DNA of 56,276 nucleotides, filler included, from Perkinsus olseni (lineage: Eukaryota): assembly GCA_013115125.1 (NCBI GenBank). It is 4 parts of 4 records of this genome, joined end to end, with 100 filler letters (N's around TTAATTAATTAA, not from the genome) between each part and the next. Parts side by side here need not be neighbours in the genome. Positions count along the whole stretch, not along the records: positions 42,437 to 56,276 come from JABANN010000740.1; 3 more parts are not named here. One strand, 5' to 3'. A program made the translations under genes and the position numbers. The notes under the pieces are model-generated. The model worked only from the letters and a program-made list of their open reading frames with translations, ran no database searches and was not told the origin of the DNA. The first letter of the stretch is position 1. Every line of letters starts with the position of its first letter. Shown piece by piece: positions 44,214-56,276 of the stretch.

Positions 44214-46587
44214 CTACTGACAACGAGTGTCTTGGCTTCGGTTCAATTCGCTACACATTCCCTTGTTAGTGGAGGGGCCTCTGCTACCTTCCACCGCGAG
44301 TCTGGATCCGTGACCCGGGCCGCAGCCCAGCTCCTCCAAGCACATGCTCATGGCGAGGGAAGCATCGCCCGTTGATGAGACTTTAGATCGACTGGCCACG
44401 AGAGGAACGATAACGTATAGCCTCTTCAAAGACCTCGCCATCCCTCTGATCGATTCGAGGGTGGAGGCTCTCAGCTTAGGGCCATGTGGCTCAAGAACGG
44501 CGACGGACGTCTGGTGCGTCTAAAAGAGGGACTGAGATATCACGGCATTCATCAGCATTGGCTCCCCCCGTACAAGCTCCACAACGGCACTGATACCGGG
44601 TAGCGAGACGGCCCCGGCCAAAGCTGGCTCGCAAGCGATACGGGCCGCCATCAGGGCTTCACCAAGCTCCTTCGACGCCGCTGCCTTAAGGCGTACCTGA
44701 ACTCCATGCGTAGCGCAGCCATACCGAGTAGACGTCAAGCGGCTGCTAGGTCAGCTAGCAGACGGAGTTCCACTCCGATTCGAGCGAGGTAGCCTCTCAC
44801 CGAGAGCTCCTCCGATGACGCGGCGCCTTCCTTGCCGTGACGGATGTGGAACTTGATGAGGTCAAAGGCAACCTGAGGGATGAGGAGCCCAATATCACAG
44901 GGTTGATGCGCCATACTGGATTAGCGTTCTCGAGACCAAGGAGGGCCTCGAAGGCGACAACTGTGGCGCCACTTCTACTCAGCAGCGAGCACAGTCTCGG
45001 GTCTCGAGCATAGCAGTCGGAGGCGTCCTCGGAGATCACTGCATCTGGGAGTATACCCCACTCCGGTATGAAGCATAGAGTCCTACGCCCGCTGCCGCCG
45101 CCACAATCGGCGCCTGCGGAGGCGAACCTCTACGGACCGATTTGGGAGAGCGAGCGCTCACCAGCTTGTGAAGCGTTCACGACGCTGATATCTTCCCCAA
45201 GCATGCCCAGCAGCTTCCGCGATACTCTCTCGTAGTTCTCAGCAAGGGCTGTCGAGGACACCACGACCACCAAGGTGCGAACCTGCGGAGGGGCCCTCGG
45301 TCGGCATGAACACCCGAGGGTTACGGTGACACCTGCCTAGCTCCAGTAAGAAGACTCCTGAGGCTTCGCAATATGGGGCACTGAGTTAGGACGCTCTTGG
45401 ACGACTCAAGTCGCGAAAGGAGCTCCACCAAAGTCCTTCCGAGGGTGTCGGCGTTGCTGCGGTACCTAGTGGACGCACACGCGTGGTGGAACATTCGATC
45501 TTCATCCTCACTCGTTCGGGACAGCCCGTGCGGTCATGAGTAGACCCACGCTGCCATAGCTGGCGAAGGCCTCGAGGAGGGTGCTCAGCACGATACACCT
45601 CAACGCCAGCGAGCCCCTGCCACCGGGCCATCAACGGCAACGCCTCAGGGCGACGAGCTACAACTGCTGAGCGCTCCTCCGTGGCTTTCTTGACAGGGAA
45701 TGCTGCCAGATCTCCTCAGCCTCGGCGAGAGATGCCTGGGCCGTTGGTACGCCCAAGCCGTGCCTGAGAGGTTCTATCCGCTCAATAGCTCACCGTCGTC
45801 AGGTGTACATGCCGCAGAAGCGTCGTAGTCTATCCCAATGCTTGTTGAGGAAAGTCCGCAGCGTGGTGACGGCACTCGGCTCACCTGTGGCCCGGATGAC
45901 CTGACCAAGCATACACCTTCTGAACGCATCACAGCTGTGCATGATTCAGACGACACACGCCGAATGGTCCAGGGAGGCCCGGTAACCCCTCCCAGACATA
46001 CTTTCGCTGTTCGGCATATACTGGCTGACTTCCTTACGCACACGCAGTCGCTTTGGCGCTCCACATCCATTGCGATCGGTACACTAGGGTGGTCGGATTT
46101 ACACGACATCAGCGGCGGAGGCGGCGTGCTCGGACTTCCCGATGCGCCGCTGTCCCTCTCCAGGGCGCCGCCTCCCTCCTCCTCGAAATGAGTCTCGCCC
46201 TGCTCTTGTGTGGGTGTCAGTTCTGTCACTTGCTGCTCATCGGACAGAGGAGCGACTTCCACTGCCGATGTAGTAAGAAGCTCCCAGGACCGGATACACA
46301 AATTCAATCGCGCTCGCCCTGCATCCGGATAGTGCCGTGCCCACCGCCAGAGTAGTTCAGCTTGCGCCGCATCGCAGGGACAATCGACTTCGCGCTCGGC
46401 GAGTACGGGAAGATCCGGAACAATCGAGGTGTCCTTGGGAACGAGCCAATCCACAGGAGGCAACTCAGGGGGCTGGGGTAGACCCAAGGCTGTGCCACTC
46501 CAGGATTTATCCCAGAGGATGGTCTGTTCCCACCCCCCTCGGCGAACAGACGACAGCTCTCGCTTAAAAATCCGCTTCACGGCATCG

Positions 46588-46620
<33 letters not shown>

Positions 46621-47713
46621 CCATCGCCACTGGCGGTAAAATCACCCTTAAGCTCGATCCTTGTCATATCCACTGATACCTCTCTCGGTACCAACAGGTT
46701 CAGCTGACAGTCCATTGTCTCCCAGGACAGGCCGATGGGACCGAACACCGGACGTTCGGGCCGGGTGGACACTGACCGTTGCTGCCTGCTCGGCGCTAGC
46801 GGTGATAACGGCGGTATTTCTCGATAGAAATCGCAGCCTTTTGCGAGGCGGGTGAGCAGATCGTGCATGTCGTCCTCGTCTGAGGTGGACTTTTCTGCCA
46901 GCCAAGAGGTCTGAATGAGTAGGAGGTTCCCCACCAAGAGCAGGTTGTCTTCCTCTTACCAAGAGGGGAGCCTCTGTGACAGGCTCACTGAAGATCCAGT
47001 GGACTTGCTCTCTTTGCAGAGCGAGTGGTATCGGGTCCAGCTCTAACTCCACCGCACTCGCTGCGGCCCACCGCTTCTCGGGAGAGGCTGGAGAGTTCAA
47101 AGCGGCCTTCACCGGCACAGGCGACGGGTCCACCAAGGGTAAAGATTCCAGCGGCGGTACTTCTCGTAGTCTGCCGTATCCTATGAAGTCCATCCAATCG
47201 ACCTCTACTAGATCCGCTAGACCGGGCACCTCCGGAGCCGAGAGGAAACGTACAGGCTCGATATCGTAGTCCACCCGCCTGGATGGCTGAAGGGCTTGAG
47301 GATTCACCGGAGCCACCAACGGGAGCTCGAAGTCAGCAGTGGGGATGATGTCCTCCAAAGGGAGCGCCTGCACTGCTCTCAGTGCATTTTCGAATGACAG
47401 CAAGGTCCCATCTTCAGGCTGTGCCTTAGGCGGTGAGAATGCGGCCGTGATCCCAGTTGAGCGGACCGAGGGCTCCGCTGTAGTGCTACAGGACCGACAC
47501 TCTGTAAGCGTCCTCAAGTGAGTAGCTCTCTCAATCGGTATGAAGTCGACCAAGGCATCTTTCTCTCTCCTTCTCGCAAGCAGAGACCTCACAGACGGCT
47601 CACTGAAAACGAGCGTGATGTCCAGTTTTGCTACCGTTCAGGACTCACACATGTGTGCAGGGCGTCGCGGTGCCCCAGCGTCCTAGATAGGCGACCTTGG
47701 CGTCAAAGGCCAT
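44214..47713 (-). CDS. Large uncharacterised protein, possibly with a degenerate XPF/ERCC4-like domain (SHOC1/Zip2-like)
   Basis: Long ORFs 46648-47592 and 45774-46937 plus downstream exons; starts MAFDAKVAYL. Coding status is well supported but the family call is tentative. Confidence 0.55.
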
Positions 47714-47833
47714 TCTATTGTGATGAGAGGGAGATTCAGCTGCTCAAGTCAGGTCAAGAGGTCGCCCTCCGCCGTCCGTCAGATGCCACCAGAGTGCGCT
47801 CTGCATAAACTAGAACTCAGTTCAGTGTTATTG

Positions 47834-50800
47834 TCAAGAAAACAGTCGCACGATGGGATTGCTGGCCGCTTCCTTGGTATCATCGTCACAGTCCCCGCCT
47901 TCCAAATCCAGTGTAAGTAATTTACTGCACCTAAAGCGGACGGCCTTAGCGGACGGAGTCTCGTCTCTAGGCAGGTCACCTATTCTCGTATACAGATGCC
48001 AAGCCGCGGAGAGGCGCTGTGCTTGTGTGGGTCGACCAGAGGTAGTCACTAGATGGGAGGATCCTGCTGATGACAGGTGGGGCCTTACTGAGGACCTCAC
48101 AGTTCCCCGGACTATACCGTGGCAGCCGAGGCGAGCACTGAGGATAGCATCTTTCTCGCTCAGAAGCCGCCGCACGGACAGCATTGGCCTTGAGGCCTGT
48201 GGGGACACTTACGTCGAGAGAGACTAGACACACAGACATCTGATGGTCGCTATCATCGTCCCCACAAGACCGACTGAACATGTCAATAGAGGGCTTGCTG
48301 GTGTGGGTATGCAGGAGAAGGCTGAGGACCTGAGCAGCTCCTCCCCCTCCTTCCTAACAAAGCCTCCCTCTACCTGTCCATCCCTGTAGACCTTAGGCAG
48401 CAGCCAAGACACCCTAGCGTCCGGTGCCAGGGTGTAGGCGGTGGGTCTCGGGGCGGGCACACGCACACCTGCGAGGCCTCATCAGCACGCTACCTCCTCG
48501 CCATCCCCCTACCGCGGAACTTGAGCTTGTCCGTGAGGCGGCCCTTGTTCTTTCGCCTCGATCTCTTCACTTCAACATAAAACAGATGGGAGTCCGGCTC
48601 GACCGGATCCTCATCCGAGTCAGTCCAACAGACCCTCAAAATCTCACTGACTTTCGACCCTGCCGCCAGCGTATGTCGCTCGCCCTGATGTCTCACATCG
48701 AAGCTCAAGGCAGACAAAGATACGCTCACCCATCGAGCGTCAACAGCTGAGTCTAGAGCGTCCACATTTTGACTGACGATTGTCTTATTATTTTCGTCCA
48801 CTCTCGCGCAAGTGTTCGACCTCGAGAGAACACCGACTTCGAGGAAGACAAGAAGCCTGATGTACCTTCGGCTGATCTCGAGCGTCTGGTCCAGCACGCG
48901 CAGGGACTCGCCGCAGGCAGTTCTCTGGGAGCTCATCAAATCAATCAGTATCGCACCAATATCAGCTGCGCATTTACGCAAGGTCAGCTGCGACCCACCA
49001 CTCGCCCCTGCAGTCTCGCCGAACTGACACGAGGCCAAGGTAAGGGCGACTATACTGAACGATCTTACTAGCCTTATCGTATCTTTGAGATGGTCCAAGT
49101 TCTTGCCGCATCGCCAAGTGGAACTGGTGTACACAGCTTGCACGAATTCAAGAATCTGCGACGGACATCTCGCCGGCGGCTTTCAGTGATCGGGGTCGGA
49201 AAGCACACCTTTTCCTTCTCGTCCAGTTCCACATCATCAACTTCGCTCAGATCTTCGCCCATCCGCTGCCACCGACCAAGTTGAGTTATCAGAGGGAGCG
49301 CCACACCTAACGCCATTCCAGCTGCCTCGAGCTCGTTACACTTCCCGGCTGCGGGGAGCCTAGTACCGCCTCTGGGACATCGTGGGATGACACGTATAGG
49401 GTTCTACCATGAGTACGAATTCTGAGCGCTGCTTTGAGTGATCGCGGGATTTCACTGCGATCAGTAGCAACAATTTCGTGGCGCGTGACACTTCCATAAC
49501 TTACACGCAATAGCAAACGACATCTGTGAGGAGGCTTCATCAAGCAGAGCAGTCAAATGCTCGGCTGCCGTGAGAAGCTGATCAATGGCCCACTCGAGGT
49601 CTCCATTACCGTCACCTGGCACGGCTAAGTCACGACAGCCGAGACGTTGTCGATGGTATCCCACCCAGTATGGCAGTGTACTCTTCCTTGTGGGCCATCA
49701 CTCTAATACTGTGTGCTGATGCCATCAACGAATCCACAGCAGGCTCGAGCTGATGAGCGCAGGCTACGCTGAAGATGTCCAAGGCCTGAAAACTGAGTTT
49801 TCCGAGAACTCATGTTGAAGACGTTCGCCAGCCGCGGTGTAATTCCGCCAGATTCAAACCGATCTCGAGTCCCCCAAGGAAGTGGCGAGAGCTGCTCTCG
49901 GCTGTAGTGCGTCCACTGCCTACTTCAGTAAGCTCCTTCTGTAGCTTCTGTAATGCTTGTGTCTGATAGGCCGGAGATTCCAGGGCCTTAGAGAGGGCTT
50001 GACTGGGCACCCCCAGTCCGTGGAAGCAGTGGATGAGTTCCTCCGTAATACTACGTAAATCGTCGTCATCCCCCTGAACAGACGACGGCTATGCTGCCAA
50101 ACGCAAGTTAAAGGGTGGCATGAACGACGAAGTTGGAAGACTCAACCGACGCGGTCGTCATGTAGACCCGGCACTCCAAGACATGCGGGAGGACTGGGAG
50201 TGACGACGAGGACTCATGCGCGCTCATGCTGGTCGTCACCTCCTCCCTTTCTTTCTCCATCTCCGCTTTCAGCGGTGCCACTAGCTTCTTCATGGCCCCC
50301 GCGGCGCTCTTCAGCGGCCCGTGGAGAAGGATATTGATTCCATCGACAATATACCGCTGCAGTTGTTGTAGCCTTAAAACCAATCCAGAGTACTCTGCCT
50401 GATCAAAATAGCGAGCACGGGGATATTCACCGAATCAGTCGCGACAAACTGAATACGAAGAGGGGAAGGGCGACCCACCAGTCCACGAGAGCCCAAAACC
50501 TGGCTCGTGTCGATAAAGACGAGCTCTTGCTCGTTGCTTTCAGAATAGGTCCGCAGCACTGCTATAGTATTCAAGTCTGACGATACCCTGCACAGTGGAC
50601 CGTAGTAGCACCCGCCTCCATCGAGGAGCGACGGCGATGGTCTGACATACCGAGTGGGCTGGTTGGCATCTATTATCAGTGCAGAGGCTGCTCACATCGT
50701 CCAGCTGAGTACAGGGGCGAGGGCCTCCGCGTGAATGCTCAGATGACCATCCTCAGAGAGCGATATCAAATACCCAACTTCTGATGGCCACTTCCCAGAT

Positions 50801-52353
50801 AATCCGAACGACTGGAGTTGGAACGCTGGGGAGAACTTGAAGACCAGGAAATCTTCGGGAAGCTTCGGTAGCAACCATTCTAATTGCCGCCGATTGGTTA
50901 TGCAAATCTCAAGATTCGCGATCAGACTCGCACTAGTAGACTCGCGCTGACACTGGCGCCGCCGAACCGAGTTCAGGTCAATAAATTGCATACCGTCCCC
51001 TCCTGCCTCGACCTACAGTGGTATCGGCCTTGTCTGAAGCTCTACTGTTGGCATCCCGTACATCATCAATACTACGGATATGAGCCCAGCTACCGATAGG
51101 ACAGCCTCCTCTGTCGACCCCAGCGGTGTGATTATCAACCGTGAAAGGTGTCAGCACCTAAACTAGGGCAATACTGCTCGGGCGGCCAGCGAGCGCTAGC
51201 AAACTCATGGATCGGAGAGGGAATGAGGCGATGGACCGAATCTAGCGGCATCCCTGCTTATCAACGCCAACGGCTAGATCCTTCTCACCCACTCCATAGC
51301 CGCGACCTTCGCACTGTGAGCTCGCCTCAATACGGCCATGGTCGTGTCGGTTCTAGTGTGCTTCTGCTCAACGTAAACCAAGGCAATATCGCCCTTCTCG
51401 TCGCCGACGGCCAGGAGCTGTTCTGGATGCGATAAAGACCTGACCACTTTAAGGTCTTCATGGTTCCGCCGTACCTCGGGGAGAAAGGATATCCCCGATA
51501 CACCCAGCCCTACCGTGGCGACCACGCCACTGCTGTCGGATACCAGTCGGCGCTGTGACCCTTATAGCTGAAGAGGCAGGATGGCGTCTTCTCATCGCTC
51601 AACAATCTCCATACCTTCACCGACCGACCTGATCTCATGGACGCCCGCCAGTCAATTGCCCCTAGTTGAAGGACCGTGAACGCTACGACGCCATGAGCGC
51701 CACAGGCATCGATGACCCTCACCTTCTTCGGGCGTGACGTGCATCGTCGCCAACAAGTCCATGTGGTCGCACCAAACCAGAGGCCCCCCTAGGCCTTCCG
51801 CTGGTCTCTCAGAGAATATCGACAAGGGCTCATCAGCGACCTCCGTACAATCTTGTCCCGCCGTTGGCAGCAGTGGACCACCGGCAGGGTCATTCCAAAC
51901 CGACATACCAACAATCACCGACGATAACGACTAACAACGCGCGACTAGCCGGACTGAAACCCCCAAGGGATGAGAGGACGCGCCAAGCATCTGTCTTTGA
52001 TCTCGGCCTAGCTCTCCTTCCGGAGACCAGACAGGCCTTGGCATGATCTAGGGAGTTCGGCGACGAGGCGCAGTTCGAGCGCAATTACTGCCTTCACCGA
52101 ATCTTAGACGGCCGGAGAGAATTAACAACGAAGACACTGAGCCCCACACTGACAGAACTTAGAAACTAGGATATCCGAGCCATCACACCTTGACATCACA
52201 TCAGCCGCTCTGTGTAACTTCTCCTGAAACTCTTCACTAATCACTCATCACTAATCACTCATCACTAATGAAGGTTAACTTGTTAAACTAGGTTAAATAC
52301 CGATACGGATGGTTGCGTCGCTCCGCCATCGTAGTAGTTGGTGGCGTAGGCAT
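47834..52353 (-). CDS. ANAPC4: Anaphase-promoting complex subunit 4, multi-exon
   Basis: N-terminal WD40 with VWCDHMDLLA (cf. WCPxMDLxA), VKVWRL, AVAWSPR, LLAVGDEKGDIALVYVE and MEW; then LLPKLP, a helical middle domain, and an acidic C-terminus LDLEGGDCDDD. Confidence 0.8.
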
Positions 52354-53036
52354 GAAACCGTGAGGCGAGCGAGCTCCGACCACGTCCCACCTGCCGTGAC
52401 CCAGTTAAGGCTAGACGGCGATGATTGATTTTCTCGAACGAGGCGGTTCGGGATCGCGCACCGCAGTGTAGCATACGGGATAGATTGAGTGGATCACTCG
52501 CAGCGAAACGTCAAGATTAGACAATATTTGCGTGCGAGATTTGGACCAAGTCGCTCGATGATTTGGACCCTGCGGTTGGACCCACCTAGTTCAAGAACTA
52601 GCGTCGGGGATCTCGGGATGCGATGGCTAGCCTGCCCGTATCTCACGGCCGGTAATCTGAGTCAAATAATTTCATACTCATGGTCACAGGCACGCCTGAG
52701 TCAGACAATATGAACTTGCGGCCCAGTGGCAGGACCTGGACATCGGTAAGGTACTATGTTTCCCGGGTCCGACCCGCCGGGTCGCGGCTGCTTTCTGGGC
52801 CCAGGTATCTGGTGCTGTTCGGTTTTCGCACCAACTTAGTGAGAGAGCTAGCAGTTTATTGAGCGCTAGCTCAGCATCCCCTACACGTTCGGTATGTAGC
52901 GCGAGACTGTTGCATGTCAACGAGCACGCGTGGAAGACGCAGATCCAGGTCTAGACCTTCAGGCCCACTAGAGCCTTGGGGGCTCCAAATTCGAGCTGAG
53001 TAGCTGCGCGGACTTCAGTCAGGGAGAACTCGCCTG

Positions 53037-54160
53037 TTGCTTGTCGGGTCTGGTAATGGGAGCAAGTACCGAAGAGGGTGTAGACACGCACTGTCGGCAG
53101 ACTCAGGCTCTGGGTCGCCGAATGTGTCTTGCCCTCGTCGGTGCTTCACGGGCCGGTTCGTACCGAACCGACCTACCAGACCCACGCGACCAGGAGTGGG
53201 ATATTTAATCAAGATCAATGACAAGCTTATAAGCTTCGGAAGCAGTACGCAAAATCAGCCTTCGAGTAGACACTGTCCACCAGACAGAGGGGACACGCGA
53301 AACAACAATGCTCATGGTAATAATTTCAGCGGTATATTTCTTCGTGACGTCGTGCAAATTGCCGATACTCACTACAGGTGGTTGTGCTTAAAGAGAGACG
53401 CACGAGACTCGCTTCCCAACTGTGGCAATGACTTCACGCTCATAGGAGCGAAGGGAAGAAGCGGCTTGAGCATGCTGATGCACTCTCGTCTGGCACTCTT
53501 GACACCGTCACTGCGGCAAGACGCTTATAGGAAGGTGAATCCTTCCCGAGTAACATCCGACTCTGACGATTGGCTACCGATACGGAAGCCGGCGTATCCT
53601 AGGGAGCGAGCTCGGGGTCGTACGAAGCTTGTGCAGGGCACGGGATCGCCTTGATGGAGATTGTGTAGTCTTGGTGGTTATCACGGGAGACTTGTCGATT
53701 TGGGCCGCTGTCACGGCAACGTCACCGGGGCAGCCTCCTATCATAGTGCGAATACTACTGGAGCGGGTCAGCTACCTAATAGGCATTTGCATTGCAGGGG
53801 TATTGCACCAACTTCACTTTGTGTTTCCGCGCGTCGCGGGACTGAGAGCCCATCCGCGACGTTTCACGGACGGTTGCTCCAGGTGAAGGGTCCAGAGAGG
53901 CGTCACTCTATGAAGATTATTGGAGATGTTTCTGAAGGGCCTGCATGAGAAGGATCGTACTGGCTTCGGCGCGTATGAGCTACGCTGTCTGGTTTTATTT
54001 ACCGCAATTGAGCCAAGTGCCGTCAGCTTGGCGACACAGAATCTTGCCCAAACTTAGCAACCAAAGGAAATTGTTGAAAATGGATTACGCATTATACGAT
54101 TACCAATGCGAGCCTGAGTTATGTGACCGTGTCTACCGAAGAAGGGCCATCATTCACTAA
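53037..54160 (+). pseudogene. Possible degenerate A1-family aspartic protease
   Basis: ALSADSGSG..C (cf. DTGS), FSGIFLRDVVQIAD (cf. G.L..D.V.IG) and GAKGRSGL. Frameshifted, and no second catalytic Asp motif found. Confidence 0.3.
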
Positions 54161-54960
54161 TGCACGTTTCTTGCCTGAAGTCGCGCAGAAACGAAAAATT
54201 TCCACGAAGAAGTCCGGCCCGTTCATGGCACAACGGTCCCTTGCGTTGTACTGAGACTCGTTAGTGGCACAGGGCGAGCTTGCCAGCTGGTGTGCTTGAC
54301 TGCTGCCAGCGCCAAAAATTGCTTGACTGCGCTTGACTGCTCCCGTGAAAACCAAACCATGGAGGTGGAACCCGGATTTTTTGCCGGCGACTTGGAACCC
54401 GGAATGGCTTAGCACTTTAATTGGCTCCAGGATCGATTCTGAGTTTCAGAATTCGGTCGCCTGTTCAGTTAATCGATCACGTACCTGAAGATGTGTTGTA
54501 GGATGGTGTTTTTACAAATTGAGAGGGCCCACCGGATCAATCCTGAACACCTGTCAGGAATTCTAACGCCTCGAACCCGTTCCAAGGCTGTACTGTAATT
54601 TCAAGACAGCCGAACGTATAGACCATTCCCATGATGACACGACTCACCAAAGCTATACGACAGGTCGACTAACCACGTAAGGCAACTACGCCAGATGACA
54701 AACCTACAAGTACGTGCTCGACCTGGCGCAGCTTAGCCGGAAGCAATACACGCTCCATTGTGCCCCGCTCTCCCGATTCTGGTCGATACCACACCTCACA
54801 CAGACAGACTCATCACATCGGCGTGCGCGGCCCGTATTGCATGAAACTTGCAAGGATGGTATCATTCCTCGTGGCCGTGGGAATTCCAGCTCAACGAGTG
54901 AATGGAGTAACTTGTCACGCAGAATATCACTCTAGCCGTTCCTTTTCAACGACTTTCGGC

Positions 54961-56124
54961 ATGGAAATTGTCAACATGCTGCTATTCGCCACCATGGCTG
55001 TACTTCCTCTCACTACAGATGGTGCGGCCGGTAGAAAGGCATCGATGAATATTCAACCCGTCCTGGAGTCGCAAATGCCTTCGGGTTTCTACCAAGCTCA
55101 AGTCAACAGGGATGGTCATGTGTGCGACACTCTACATCATCTCAATGACTTCGATCTGACCGTCCTCAACTGTTATGGAGGCCAAAAGGCAATGGTCACG
55201 GCGAAGGGCCAGGACTGGGTGGAGACTATGTCTAAGGCTGATCTACTCGCGCCGTATGGGTCTCGTGTACTGTTCCCTAAAGGCAAGAAGTTCCTGATTG
55301 TAGAGAAATGTTATAGTCTCGTTCAGACCTCTGAGAGCGAATCTTATGGATTCCTTGAGAGGCTACGCTCTAGGCTGGGGCCGGTTCCCAAGAAGTCTTT
55401 TCCGGATCTCGTTTTGTGTGAGGACCGTCAGGGTAGTGAAGTGACGGCATGTTTGTGGCCCATGGGAGACCGTGATCGGGTTATGATCTGCACTCATGCT
55501 TTTACTCTGGGGAAAGGCAGTTCTGAGCCGCGCGTCGAGGCTCTAGCCATACCGGGACTACCGAAAAGGGCCGATCAATGCGAAGAGCGTCCATCGAGCC
55601 TGAAGAGAAAGACCATCGCCAAGGTGCCTGGCAAAAACAGCTCCGCTAAGCGCTTAAAAGTGGCGCACGAAAGCTCCAAGCCAGCTGCGGCCGCCCAATC
55701 ATCCAACTCCATTGCTGACGGATTGTATGTTGTTAGAGGGTCAGCTGCCTTCTGTCACGTCAACATCGTAACTGATACGCAGAGCGGTAACAGACATGGC
55801 TTCGTCCGGCTCAACAACGGAACCAGTAAAGATGTAATCGTATCTGGATTCGAGTGGGTGGAAGATCACAGAGTTCAGGAGGTGGGTTGCCTGCGCCCCA
55901 TGCTCCTTGACTTTAAACAGCCAAGCCTCCCATCAGAAATAAGATTCCATGATCGAGTTCTGTCTATCTCGTTCGACTCAATTCAGATCTGCCCAAAAGG
56001 ACCCAAGAAATTGAAGCTGATCTTCCTGGATGAGAATGGCCACTATAAATACCATTCCACCCTGCGATACTATCACAGTGATACTCGGCTTTCGTCTAAA
56101 CCTGCTGGGCGGGACCTCCCCTGA
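54961..56124 (+). CDS. Intronless hypothetical secreted protein with bipartite-NLS-like basic patch
   Basis: Lies within a 454-codon ORF; likely start MEIVNMLLFATMAVLPLTTDG; basic patch LKRKTIAKVPGKNSSAKRLKV. Confidence 0.8.
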   Translation: MEIVNMLLFATMAVLPLTTDGAAGRKASMNIQPVLESQMPSGFYQAQVNRDGHVCDTLHHLNDFDLTVLNCYGGQKAMVTAKGQDWVETMSKADLLAPYGSRVLFPKGKKFLIVEKCYSLVQTSESESYGFLERLRSRLGPVPKKSFPDLVLCEDRQGSEVTACLWPMGDRDRVMICTHAFTLGKGSSEPRVEALAIPGLPKRADQCEERPSSLKRKTIAKVPGKNSSAKRLKVAHESSKPAAAAQSSNSIADGLYVVRGSAAFCHVNIVTDTQSGNRHGFVRLNNGTSKDVIVSGFEWVEDHRVQEVGCLRPMLLDFKQPSLPSEIRFHDRVLSISFDSIQICPKGPKKLKLIFLDENGHYKYHSTLRYYHSDTRLSSKPAGRDLP

Positions 56125-56206
56125 CCATCCTTCAGCAGGGTCTTATGAAGTGGGCGATTCTTTCCTAATATTTATTTCACTTGTGATGCGTTGACTAATC
56201 GTGTGC

Positions 56207-56276
<70 letters not shown>
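56207..56276 (+). repeat. (TGT)n/(GTT)n microsatellite at the window end
   Basis: About 23 perfect trinucleotide copies. Confidence 0.97.

Noticed and set aside
46589-46617. (GCA)n run
   Set aside because: Ordinary coding poly-Ala tract on the - strand.
52234-52269. TCACTAATCACTCA short tandem duplication
   Set aside because: About 2.5 copies in an APC4 intron; simple slippage.
56207-56276. Telomere
   Set aside because: A pure trinucleotide repeat with no GGG tract; better explained as a microsatellite that broke the assembly.

Overview
Compact, intron-rich eukaryotic nuclear DNA with short GT-AG introns. The gene style suggests an alveolate protist such as Perkinsus; this is inference, not a database match. 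The window holds four contigs (1-14103, 14204-28272, 28373-42336, 42437-56276) joined by artificial N44-TTAATTAATTAA-N44 linkers. Their lengths fall monotonically, so adjacency across the gaps is probably not biological. Contig 1: a 188-bp tandem tRNA-Leu array with 5-unit higher-order structure, a DOT1-like methyltransferase, a two-RRM protein, an unknown gene, GCN5 and a NEK kinase. Contig 2: a SHIPPO-repeat protein, a Cid1/TUT-like nucleotidyltransferase, an NADPH-oxidase-family gene and a secreted Cys-rich protein. Contig 3: transposon relics, two intact MITEs and a long coiled-coil gene. Contig 4: a possible XPF/SHOC1-like gene, APC4, an aspartic-protease-like relic and an intronless secreted protein with an NLS-like motif. 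The most striking signal is a tRNA-intron association. Two intact tRNAs (Pro-AGG, Thr-TGT) sit inside spliceosomal introns, and several more small introns consist largely of decayed tRNAs of different isotypes. Three of these relics have exactly canonical A-box/anticodon/T-loop spacing, and in several cases the splice donor falls at or inside the tRNA. All gene models were spliced by eye, so their ends are approximate.
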